This document shows, in pieces, positions 17,898 through 26,176 of a DNA stretch of 32,000 bases. A program made the position numbers and the translations under genes. Below the pieces are notes generated by a model. The model was given only the letters and a program-made list of their open reading frames with translations. It had not been told where the DNA came from and searched no databases. Position 1 is the stretch's first letter. The number at the start of each line of letters is the position of its first letter. Source of the DNA: Candidatus Korarchaeum cryptofilum OPF8 (GTDB lineage: Archaea > Korarchaeota > Korarchaeia > Korarchaeales > Korarchaeaceae). The stretch is from NCBI RefSeq assembly GCF_000019605.1, contig NC_010482.1, forward strand, positions 600,001 to 632,000, in the 5' to 3' direction.

Positions 17898-19403
17898 ATG
17901 CTCCCATCTCAACTGCTGAGGGGCAAGGTGGTCGGAGGTAAGCTCATATTAAAGTGGGCCTTGGGCAGCGAGCTGGAGCTGGCGGAGGATCTCATAAGGA
18001 TCTTCAAGGTGGGGAGGGAGCTGAAGGAGATAGAAGAGGAAGAAGAGGAGATAGAAGAATATTATTCAGATTACAAGCTCGTGAGGGGTCTATACATCCT
18101 TTTGCTGAGGAAGGGGAGATTTGAGAGACCTAAGAGCTCTCTAGATCCTCTGGAAGCTAGGAGGAGGGTTTACAGGATCGTGAATCGGGATTATCATGGC
18201 TTCGTCAGTTATGAGGAGAGGGCTGATGCAATAAGGAGGGCTGCTGAGGAAATAGGAGTCAATGAGGAGGAGCTGGAGAGAGCATTATGGGCTGATTTTG
18301 AGTTGAAGCTCGTCGAATTCAATGCGCCTGAACCGGAGGAGCTACTGAAGGAGTACAACTTAGCCCTGCTCCAGACAGCTCTGTTCAAATCCTCGAGGAT
18401 GCATCTACTCACCTCCTCCTCGGGAGGGGAGGTCAAGCCCCTGCTCAGGGCCCTCAAGGGCCTGGGCCTGATGTACACGGCTAGCAGGAGGGATAAGCTG
18501 GAGCTCACGATAGATGGTCCAGCGTCGATACTCAAGCTGACGACGAAGTACGGAGTGGCTATGGCTAAGCTAGTCCCCTTCATAGTGAGGATGAGCGATT
18601 GGTATCTGAGGGCCGATATAGTGAGGAGGAAGATTGTAAGGCTGGAGGTCTCCCACAGAATGAGGGATATATTTCCAGAGTACGAGGGGGGCATAGATTA
18701 TGATAGCTCCCTGGAGAGGGAGTTCCCGCAGATGTGCCCGCAGGGATGGAAGGTATATAGGGAACCGGAGCCCCTGGTATCCGGAAGCTCCGTAATAATA
18801 CCTGATTTCATGCTGGAGAAGGGGAGGATCAGGATATATGTGGAGATAATGGGCTTCTGGACCCCTGAGTACGTCGAGAGGAAGATAGAGAAACTGAAGG
18901 ATGTGAAGGAGCCCCTCCTGATAATAGCAAGGAGGGATCTGATGTGCTCCAGGGTTGAGAAGATCAGGAAGGATATCCTTTACTTCGAGAGGAAAATAGA
19001 TCCCGTGGAGCTCGCTAGGAAGCTCAAGGAGATAGAGGAGAGATACTGGTCCGATGAGAGGGATAGGATAAGGGAGGAGCTAGCTGAATTGAGGATAGAT
19101 GGCAAGTTCCTAGAGGTAGATAAACTTAAATCCATTCTGGGGATAAGTGAAGCTCAACTCAGGGAGATCTGCTGCCCGGAGGGCTTCGAGCTGATAGGGA
19201 GCTATCTGATATCTGAGGAGGCAATCTCATCCCTGAGGGAGGAGGTTATGAAGAGGAGGCCATTGAAGGTCCGGGAGCTGAAGGGCATATTAGCTGATAT
19301 GGGGCTCCCTCCTGAAATAGCTACATACGTCCCCGGGAGGATCGGGATCGGGGTATCTTGGAGCTCCCTGGATGAGGATGAAGCCTATCTGGTATACACT
19401 TGA
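17898..19403 (+). CDS. bax1: Bax1 (DUF790) endonuclease, XPB partner
   Basis: N-terminus MLPSQLLRGKVVGGKLI is typical of DUF790. It sits 4 nt after the xpb stop, the canonical archaeal XPB-Bax1 arrangement. Nuclease-like segment IPDFMLEKG...VEIMGFWTPEY. Confidence 0.8.
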   Translation: MLPSQLLRGKVVGGKLILKWALGSELELAEDLIRIFKVGRELKEIEEEEEEIEEYYSDYKLVRGLYILLLRKGRFERPKSSLDPLEARRRVYRIVNRDYHGFVSYEERADAIRRAAEEIGVNEEELERALWADFELKLVEFNAPEPEELLKEYNLALLQTALFKSSRMHLLTSSSGGEVKPLLRALKGLGLMYTASRRDKLELTIDGPASILKLTTKYGVAMAKLVPFIVRMSDWYLRADIVRRKIVRLEVSHRMRDIFPEYEGGIDYDSSLEREFPQMCPQGWKVYREPEPLVSGSSVIIPDFMLEKGRIRIYVEIMGFWTPEYVERKIEKLKDVKEPLLIIARRDLMCSRVEKIRKDILYFERKIDPVELARKLKEIEERYWSDERDRIREELAELRIDGKFLEVDKLKSILGISEAQLREICCPEGFELIGSYLISEEAISSLREEVMKRRPLKVRELKGILADMGLPPEIATYVPGRIGIGVSWSSLDEDEAYLVYT

Positions 19404-19411
19404 GCTAGCGA

Positions 19412-19419
19412 TTTTATAT
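19412..19419 (+). promoter_or_regulatory. TATA-like box (TTTTATAT) about 26 nt upstream of ATG 19442
   Basis: Spacing fits a leaderless transcript. Confidence 0.45.
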
Positions 19420-19441
19420 GATGCTCAGATAATCGCTCCGT

Positions 19442-22129
19442 ATGAAGCTGGCTCCCCTGCTCTTATCCCTGCTTATAGCTGTCCCTATTTTCTCAAGCTA
19501 TCCATTCATGGAAGCTAAGGAGAAAGTGAGTTGCGTCCTAGTATATTATAATCAGGAGCCAATCCCTCCAGAGATCCTCAGAACGCACGATTGGATCATA
19601 GTGGACCCTGACAACCCTTACGTAAAGCCGGGGAGCGGAAAAGCTAAGCTCATAGCCTACATTAGCGTGGGGGAGATAGAGGAATATAGGAGCTACTTCG
19701 ATGAGATAAAGAAGTACGCTATAGGCTATAACCCAGTCTGGGGGTCTTATGTAGCGGATGTGAGGAATCCAGAGTACAGGAACTTCCTGATAGAGAGAGT
19801 GGCCAAATCCATAGTTGAGAGGGGTTTCGATGGCTTCTTCTTAGATACTCTCGATTCATACAAGCTAGTCGCTGATGGAAATGAGAAGAGCTTCGTTGAT
19901 GCTCTAGCCGACTTCGTGATAAAACTGAAGCAGAAGTATCCAGATAAGCTAATAGTGATAAACAGGGGATTCGAGATATTCGATTCCGTCAAGGATTATA
20001 TAGACGGCTTCCTCTTCGAGGACCTCTTCTGGGGGCTGGATGAGAATCTCAACTACGTCCCAGTGAGCGATGAGGAGAGGGCATACTACTTGGAGAAGCT
20101 AAAGCACATAAGTGAGAAGGTCCCTGTCATAGTAGTGGATTATGTAGACCCTAAGGATGTGGAGAAGAGAATTAAGGTGATGAAAGCCATAATTGAGCTC
20201 GGTTTCGTGCCCTACATAGCTGATAAGGAGCTATCGGAGATAGGGGTTAACCCCTGCACAGCTGGAATTTCGAGGGGGCCCGAAGTAATAATATACTTCG
20301 ATCCGAGGTACGGGAGCAATTGGATAAGGAACCCAGAGGAGTACAAGGAATATCTCTCATCGGTCTTCGATAAATATAACGTGAATTACAGGATAGTTGA
20401 TGCGGATTCCCTGGCCAATATATTATCAGCTGGAGAGAGAGCGATATTGGTACCGACTAGCGATGTACTGCCGGATAAAGTGTGGGATGGGACCGAGAGC
20501 AGCTTGATAGTGAGGTGGCTGAGGGGAGGGGGAACCATAGTGTGGACGGGGGATTGGGAGTTCTACTACATAGGGCACGAGGGCTGGATCGAGCACAGGG
20601 ATGGGATAGAGGAAGTCCCGTTCGGGAGGAAGGTGACTTCAGATAAAGCAGTTCAGGTGAGGGTTACTGAGATAGGGAGGAAGTACATACCGAGTTTGAA
20701 GGAGTTCGAGAGCATGAGGCCCTTCATAGCTCGAGAAATTCTGCTGGAGGCTTATGCTAGCTCGGATGGGGCATTCGATCCCGCAGCAATGAAGGTGGGG
20801 GAGGGGACCTTCATAAAGGTAGCTTCATCCACCGATTCCCTCGGGTTCCTCTACGCAGCTGAGCTCATCCTGAACAAATTCTACGGTTTAGGAGTTAAGT
20901 TATCCTCGGAGCCCAGGGTGAGTTTCTGCGGCATAGTCTACATACTCCCGTCTAAAGCATCCTCCCCCAAGTGGCAGAGGGAGTACGGCGACAGGATATA
21001 CTTCTACGTCGAGGAAAGCTTATCGAAATATAAGGGATTGATAGATGAAGATCTAAAAGTTATATCATCAGCCGGTTATAACTTCATAATACTGGTGATA
21101 CCTTTGGATGATGAGCCCACGTTCCTCAGGAACCTCGAGCTGATGGACGAGCTCGCCCGTGAGAGGGGGCTCGGGATACTCTACGCTATATTCCCGAAGG
21201 AGAAGTACGGGAGGGAGTGGGACTACCTATCGAAGGGGAGTAGCGTGAACTCGGCTCTCCTCAAGCTGATGAACTTCCTATCGAATCTTAAGTCAACTCA
21301 GGGAATTGCTGTCTGGTACGGTTGGGAGGGTAGGAAGTTCGACCCCAGTGAGATAAGGGAGTTCTACCTCTCCCTCCCGGAGAGGATGAGGGGCATCTAC
21401 TGGGTATGGCTCGATGAAGCTTACGTTGTAGAGGCCGTGAAGGCTGGGCTCCCTGAGGATACGCCTGTGGTGACTGAGCTCTACGATCCCCTCGAGCTAG
21501 CTCTATACAGCGGAGCTTTCAAGAGGCAGATCGTAGTGACTGGCGTGTGGAACGCCGATAGCTCAGCTTCCTGGTTGGGGAGGATGAGGGAGAAACTGGG
21601 GCTCGGGGCTAGCGGGAGGATAGTGGGCGTGTGGATATTCGATGACACTAACGATGGCTTCGGGGAGAAGTACAGGGCTTACATAAATGGGGAGCTCTCT
21701 AGCCCGATAACGATTGAGAGGATAGGGGACGCACTAGCAATACCATCTTTCAGCGTCGGATCGGATGTGGACCTCAAAATTGTAAGGAAGCACTTCCCTG
21801 ATGCTTTAATATCGAATGGAGGAGTTATAGTAGTCGGAGGGCCTCTCTCAAATAGATATAGCTCTATTAAATGGGTGAAATTCACGAGGGATTCTATGAT
21901 AGTGAACGGGACTGAGTACAAGAGCTCTTGGGGCAAGGTCGACTACTGCTTGGTGAAGTTGAGCGATAAAAGGGTTTACGTAATGGGGACTCACAGGTTC
22001 GGGACCGAGGCTTGCCTGATGATCCTACCGGAAGTGAAGCAGCTTAACTATGCTATAGCTCAGTGGATGGATAGGAACGGGAACGGTATCGTGGATAGGG
22101 ATGAGATAAAGGTTCTGAGAGGAGGGTAG
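19442..22129 (+). CDS. Large secreted multidomain protein with N-terminal GH114/TM1410-like glycoside-hydrolase-like TIM barrel
   Basis: Signal peptide. The segments YISVGEIEEYRSYF, GFDGFFLDTLDSY and VINRGFE resemble the endo-alpha-1,4-polygalactosaminidase-like family. A second TIM-like region lies around GYNFIILVIPLDDE. The C-terminal loop DRNGNGIVDRDE is EF-hand/dockerin-like. Confidence 0.65.
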   Translation: MKLAPLLLSLLIAVPIFSSYPFMEAKEKVSCVLVYYNQEPIPPEILRTHDWIIVDPDNPYVKPGSGKAKLIAYISVGEIEEYRSYFDEIKKYAIGYNPVWGSYVADVRNPEYRNFLIERVAKSIVERGFDGFFLDTLDSYKLVADGNEKSFVDALADFVIKLKQKYPDKLIVINRGFEIFDSVKDYIDGFLFEDLFWGLDENLNYVPVSDEERAYYLEKLKHISEKVPVIVVDYVDPKDVEKRIKVMKAIIELGFVPYIADKELSEIGVNPCTAGISRGPEVIIYFDPRYGSNWIRNPEEYKEYLSSVFDKYNVNYRIVDADSLANILSAGERAILVPTSDVLPDKVWDGTESSLIVRWLRGGGTIVWTGDWEFYYIGHEGWIEHRDGIEEVPFGRKVTSDKAVQVRVTEIGRKYIPSLKEFESMRPFIAREILLEAYASSDGAFDPAAMKVGEGTFIKVASSTDSLGFLYAAELILNKFYGLGVKLSSEPRVSFCGIVYILPSKASSPKWQREYGDRIYFYVEESLSKYKGLIDEDLKVISSAGYNFIILVIPLDDEPTFLRNLELMDELARERGLGILYAIFPKEKYGREWDYLSKGSSVNSALLKLMNFLSNLKSTQGIAVWYGWEGRKFDPSEIREFYLSLPERMRGIYWVWLDEAYVVEAVKAGLPEDTPVVTELYDPLELALYSGAFKRQIVVTGVWNADSSASWLGRMREKLGLGASGRIVGVWIFDDTNDGFGEKYRAYINGELSSPITIERIGDALAIPSFSVGSDVDLKIVRKHFPDALISNGGVIVVGGPLSNRYSSIKWVKFTRDSMIVNGTEYKSSWGKVDYCLVKLSDKRVYVMGTHRFGTEACLMILPEVKQLNYAIAQWMDRNGNGIVDRDEIKVLRGG

Positions 22130-22130
22130 A

Positions 22131-22637
22131 CTACCTCCTCAATCTAAATATTTTCAGCCTGGGCTTCTTCGTCTCTATAGGCTCTAATATCAGCTTCAGG
22201 GGTATCTCCTTCTTCAAAACTAAGTTTATCACCGAGCCGAGTTGGAAGAGCACCTCCTCCTGCTCGCTAGACTCTATCGCTCCAGGCCTCACCCTCCTCA
22301 CTTGATCTATAGCGGCTTTAGGGGTCATCCCCTTGAATATCAAGTAAGCAGCAGCGACGGTACCTGCTCTCCCCACACCGGCGAAGCAGTGGATAGCTAC
22401 AGGCTTCCCCCTAGTAGCTCTAGATGAGATCCAAGTCAGCAAATCTATCAGTTCCCTGATGTCAGGGGCTCCCTTTGGCTCTATAGGCAGGAAATAGAAT
22501 TCCATACCTTCTGAGATCACATTGGCTTCGTAAGTTAGTATGCCTCCCCAGAAAGGATATACTTCCCTCTCAGTCGCCAGGCAGACTATAGCTTTTATCC
22601 CCATAGATTTGATGGCCTTTATGTCCTCCCTCTTCAC
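22131..22637 (-). CDS. Cys-based dual-specificity / protein-tyrosine phosphatase
   Basis: CX5R P-loop HCFAGVGRAGT and PGAIESSEQE. The conserved N-terminal segment appears to continue upstream of the listed GTG (see findings). Confidence 0.85.
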   Translation of the reverse strand: MKREDIKAIKSMGIKAIVCLATEREVYPFWGGILTYEANVISEGMEFYFLPIEPKGAPDIRELIDLLTWISSRATRGKPVAIHCFAGVGRAGTVAAAYLIFKGMTPKAAIDQVRRVRPGAIESSEQEEVLFQLGSVINLVLKKEIPLKLILEPIETKKPRLKIFRLRR

Positions 22638-22697
22638 GGGGATCCTGGATATAGCTATCTCGTTTGGGATGACCCAGGTTATCAGATGGATCCCCTT

Positions 22698-22886
22698 TTA
22701 ATACTCCTCATCCAACGGGTAGAACTGGCTCTTAGGGGCGCCGCAGATGGGACATCTCCAGTCATCGGGGAGCTCCTCGAAGGGAGTGCCCGGCTTAATC
22801 CCCCTACTCTCATCCCCCTTCATTGGATCATATATGTAGCCGCATACGCCACATTTATACCTTATCATAACGTTATATTGCATCAA
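22698..22886 (-). CDS. Rubredoxin
   Basis: Two CxxC pairs ([10 protein letters not shown] and CPICGAPK) with the [11 protein letters not shown] signature. The real start is probably the internal Met ([10 protein letters not shown]) at 22868. Confidence 0.9.
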   Translation of the reverse strand: MMQYNVMIRYKCGVCGYIYDPMKGDESRGIKPGTPFEELPDDWRCPICGAPKSQFYPLDEEY

Positions 22887-22898
22887 GATATTATAAGT

Positions 22899-23093
22899 TT
22901 ATCTGAAGAGAGCCCTAGAGAGGGCTAACTTCCTCACGAGCTCATTCTGATCATTGGAGAGCTTAGCTAATACTTCGATCGGAGTAGATGTATTCAAAGC
23001 GACTGCCAGTCTTATCTCCTCATCTCTCTCCTCCGCTAGCTTCTCAAGGATCTTAGGGCTAGTATTTGGATCCAGGGCCAATCTCAACTTCAT
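22899..23093 (-). CDS. Small leucine-rich-repeat-variant/HEAT-like repeat protein, possibly a 5'-truncated fragment
   Basis: Two repeats of the type DPNTSPKILEKLAEERDEEIRLAVA / LNTSTPIEVLAKLSNDQNELVRKLA. The ORF begins mid-repeat and directly abuts the TnpB upstream region. Confidence 0.45.
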   Translation of the reverse strand: MKLRLALDPNTSPKILEKLAEERDEEIRLAVALNTSTPIEVLAKLSNDQNELVRKLALSRALFR

Positions 23094-24430
23094 GAGGGGT
23101 TCCCGGATAGTTGACTTTATATACTCTGTGTGTATACTCTACTTGTGGAAGTCTATCTAGGGGTCCCCTTCGGCTACGAACCCAACGCTGAGCTCAAAAA
23201 ACTTCTAGAGGACTTCAGGGACATGGTAAACTTCTGCATAGATTATGCCTACAAAAGAAGGATAACATCTTATGCTAAGCTGAGGGGAGGAGTTTATGAA
23301 GAGTGGAAGAGGAGATGGGATTACTCAACTCATTATTGCCACTCAGCTTGTAAGATAGCTCTAGCTATGCTCAAGAAACACAGGAAGAATAAAAAGGAAG
23401 GGAAACCCGAGGCCAGGAAGTTATTCATGCAGCTGGATCCCCAGCTCTATAGGTTCTACGGAGATAAGATCAGGATATCTGTTAGGCCGAGGCAGTTCCT
23501 GTTCATATATCTGAGATTCGGGGAATATCAGAGGAAGTTCATTGATGCTTGGAGGGAGGGGAAGCTCAAGACTGGTGAGATAACTGTGAATGAGGATAAA
23601 ATTATTATTCCCTTTAAGAGGGAAGTAGATCTTCAGAATCCCTCGGACTGGATAGCCATCGATATAAATGAATCCAATGTAACGGCAGTTAGCTCTAACC
23701 CTCACGTTTTAAGAATAGAGCATGAGCTTAGAACAGTACATACGACTTACTTCATCATAAGGAGGAGAATACAGAAGCTCGCCAGATATAAGCCGAAGAC
23801 CGCTGAAAGGCTCCTGAGGAAGTACTCCGATAGGGAGAAGAATAAAACTAAGGATATATGCCACAAGATATCGAAGCTAATAGTGGAATTCTCCAAGGAA
23901 TATGGCTTCGGAATATTGATGGAGGATCTAAAAGGAATAAGGAAACGCATAAAAAGGGGGAGGAGGATGAACAGGAGGCTTCATTCATGGAACTTCAGGA
24001 GGCTTCAATTCTACATAGAATATAAGGCTAAATTGAACGGATTGCCTGTCGAGTATGTCAATCCGAGGGGGACCTCGAGCCTGTGCCCGGTATGTGGGGG
24101 GAGATTAGCTCCGAATGGGCACAGGCTTCTAAAATGCCCGCGTTGCGGTTACGAGAATGATAGGGACTTGATCGCGGGCATTAATATGCTCAGGATGAGG
24201 GGAGCCCCGTTGCCCCTGAAAGCCATCAATGAGGATAGCAACAGAGCTATCCGAGATGGAACGGGTAGTAAATGTTAACTACCCGACAACGGTAGTCATA
24301 ACGGGGGCTGCGAGCGGTATAGGCCTAGCCGCAGCTCTAGCCTCGAGAGGATTAGCTCTCAATCCCATCTGGATATCGATAGTGCTGGGCCTCCAGCTTG
24401 GAGCGGTGACTCCGATAACTTGACTAATGA
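23094..24430 (+). mobile_element. IS200/IS605-family (IS1341-like) element remnant carrying tnpB only; ends not determinable
   Basis: TnpB ORF without an adjacent TnpA. Direct repeat TATACTCT x2 (23120-23127 and 23133-23140) at the 5' side and nested hairpins at the 3' side. The boundaries are approximate guesses. Confidence 0.35.
23130..24278 (+). CDS. tnpB: TnpB / OrfB RNA-guided endonuclease-like transposon protein
   Basis: Split RuvC residues in WIAIDINESN (D), GILMEDLKGI (E) and NDRDLIAGINM (D). Zinc ribbon CPVCGG...CPRCGY (24084-24146). Confidence 0.9.
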   Translation: MYTLLVEVYLGVPFGYEPNAELKKLLEDFRDMVNFCIDYAYKRRITSYAKLRGGVYEEWKRRWDYSTHYCHSACKIALAMLKKHRKNKKEGKPEARKLFMQLDPQLYRFYGDKIRISVRPRQFLFIYLRFGEYQRKFIDAWREGKLKTGEITVNEDKIIIPFKREVDLQNPSDWIAIDINESNVTAVSSNPHVLRIEHELRTVHTTYFIIRRRIQKLARYKPKTAERLLRKYSDREKNKTKDICHKISKLIVEFSKEYGFGILMEDLKGIRKRIKRGRRMNRRLHSWNFRRLQFYIEYKAKLNGLPVEYVNPRGTSSLCPVCGGRLAPNGHRLLKCPRCGYENDRDLIAGINMLRMRGAPLPLKAINEDSNRAIRDGTGSKC

Positions 24431-24440
24431 AGCGGAATTT
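24200..24440 (+). ncRNA. Candidate TnpB-associated omega/right-end RNA region (structure only)
   Basis: ACTACCC (24278-24284) can pair with GGGTAGT (24263-24269) or with GGTAGT (24091+200, i.e. 24291-24296). GCTGCG (24307-24312) pairs with CGCAGC (24330-24335). CTCCA-GC-TGGAG lies further downstream. The position spans the tnpB stop, as described for omega RNAs. No transcript evidence. Confidence 0.3.
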
Positions 24441-24583
24441 GCAGTTAGTTGCCTGGTTTTTAACATCATTTGCATCTAAATTTCCAATCTCCGCAGAGCA
24501 GTTGCTGAGAGACGCATGAATGAAATCATATGTTCGGTTAACCTGATAAGCCCAGGGAATATTTTGAAAATGATCTTTGCAGC

Positions 24584-25873
24584 TTAAAGCGAGGAAAGTG
24601 CGAGGAAGGGTAGGTAAAGAGCTATATTGGCGATAGTAACTAGAGAGCCGACCTTGAGGAACTCAAGGAATGTTATTGTCGTCCCCATGCGCGATTCCAA
24701 GTATTCGAGCATTATTATGTTCGATGCTGCGCCCAACAATGTGAGGTTCCCCGCTACTGTTGAGGACATAGCGAGGGCTATCCAAGTTATGTCATCCCCA
24801 CTGCCGTAACCTAGGCTCTCCAGATATTTTATGAAGAGCCTCGCGAACGGTACGTTGCTCAGGAGCTGGCTGCCCAGTACGGATGCTGCAGTCACAGCGG
24901 CGAGATTCTTAAGACCTTCTAGCTTCGTCGGGACGAGTGCTTCGAGCATGGGGCTGAGGATACCGCTCCTCCAAACGCCCTCCATTGTTATGAACATAGT
25001 TATGAAGAAGACGATGGTACCCCAATCGATATTCGAGATGGACTTCCTGGGGTTGCTGGAGAGCATGTACATCCCCGCGGCGACTACGAACGGTATGAAA
25101 CCCCTCCTGGAGACGTGAGGGAGGCCCATCAGTTCGAGCAGATCGTTCAGAACTAAGCTAACTATGACCACTATAATACCGACGCCAGCTATTAGAGCAT
25201 CCCTCCTGTTCCTCAGGACTTCGTAAGGCATTAGTAGAGATTCCACTCTCTCGTTTTTGATCTTGTAATACTTGATCAATATGTAGGGGGTCACCATCAG
25301 GTTCAGCAGCGTTGGTACCGAGAGCCACGCAACGAACTTCAAGAATGGCGCAACCATACCTGATCTTCCGACTATCAGCACGTTCTGAGGGTTCCCTATT
25401 GGGGTCATCACGGAGCCTATAGTCAGGGAGAATGCTAGCAGCAGGAACATAGCTCTGGGGTCGATCCTCGCGACCCTGGATATTGCGTATGCGATGGGCG
25501 GGCCCATGAGGGCTACGGTATCGTTCATAGCCACCGCAGCTAGGAGACCGAAGAGCAGCGATGATGCGTATATCAGGGAGTACCTGCTCTTAAACATCGA
25601 TATGAACCAGGAGGGGAGCATTGCCAGGAGCCCTGAGGACTCCGCGAGCCCCACGATAGTGAACATGCCTATGAGGAATAGTATCACATCCAGATCTATT
25701 ACGGATTCGAGCTCATCCAAGCCCACCAAACCCGAGACGATCGTGAGGAATGATGTGAAAGCCATGATGCTCCAAACGGGTATCTGAGGCCTACGGCTCC
25801 TCATGACTAGCGAAACTGTCAGGAATACTGTGATCCCCAGTCCGACCACCGTTTTGTAGTCCACTCCTGGCAC
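24584..25873 (-). CDS. ArsB/NhaD-superfamily (CitMHS-like) ion/anion permease
   Basis: 429 aa, about 10-12 TM helices. The TPIGNPQN motif is characteristic of this permease superfamily. Confidence 0.8.
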   Translation of the reverse strand: MPGVDYKTVVGLGITVFLTVSLVMRSRRPQIPVWSIMAFTSFLTIVSGLVGLDELESVIDLDVILFLIGMFTIVGLAESSGLLAMLPSWFISMFKSRYSLIYASSLLFGLLAAVAMNDTVALMGPPIAYAISRVARIDPRAMFLLLAFSLTIGSVMTPIGNPQNVLIVGRSGMVAPFLKFVAWLSVPTLLNLMVTPYILIKYYKIKNERVESLLMPYEVLRNRRDALIAGVGIIVVIVSLVLNDLLELMGLPHVSRRGFIPFVVAAGMYMLSSNPRKSISNIDWGTIVFFITMFITMEGVWRSGILSPMLEALVPTKLEGLKNLAAVTAASVLGSQLLSNVPFARLFIKYLESLGYGSGDDITWIALAMSSTVAGNLTLLGAASNIIMLEYLESRMGTTITFLEFLKVGSLVTIANIALYLPFLALSSL

Positions 25874-26142
25874 CCCCGAAGGGGCTGAAATGTTAATTTT
25901 TTAAGCTATTGTACGACTCTAGGCCCTCCCATCCAGAAGGTTATGGAGGCAATAGCCGAATTGCAGCTACCTTTAACGCTCCCCTGACGTTGGTGGATAG
26001 CTGTAATATTTCGTGCAGATAATGATAAAAATATACCAAATTAATGCTCTATTTCACCATTAAATAAATTTCGCAGGGATGTCTGAATAATATTTAGATG
26101 GAATACAAGAATATTTTAACTTAACCGTGGGTAAGGCTTTTA

Positions 26143-26176
26143 TTCTGGGGCAGAAGTTAACTTCTGGGGCAGAAGT
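26143..26176 (+). repeat. Tandem direct repeat TTCTGGGGCAGAAGT x2 (period 19); each copy is an inverted repeat (CTTCTG-GGG-CAGAAG)
   Basis: Copies at 26143-26157 and 26162-26176. The second copy has 7-bp arms and ends on the probable GTG start at 26175. Confidence 0.8.

Noticed and set aside
22040-22085. tRNA-like D-arm string ATAGCTCAGTGGATGG
   Set aside because: It lies inside the well-supported 895-aa CDS. There is no matching acceptor stem and no GGTTCGAAT-type T-loop about 50 nt downstream.
24229-24423. 64-aa ORF as a genuine SDR gene
   Set aside because: Only about 25 aa resemble an SDR N-terminus. The ORF starts inside tnpB, lacks the rest of the Rossmann fold and the catalytic residues, and coincides with hairpin-forming DNA. 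It is kept only as a possible gene fragment (see findings).
26020-26095. Possible C/D-box sRNA (AATGATA ... TCTGA about 65 nt apart) in the 253-bp spacer upstream of ATPase 1
   Set aside because: The C box is imperfect (UGAUA rather than UGAUGA) and there are no clear C'/D' boxes. The terminal stem is missing, and the sequence is very A/T-rich and more consistent with promoter DNA.
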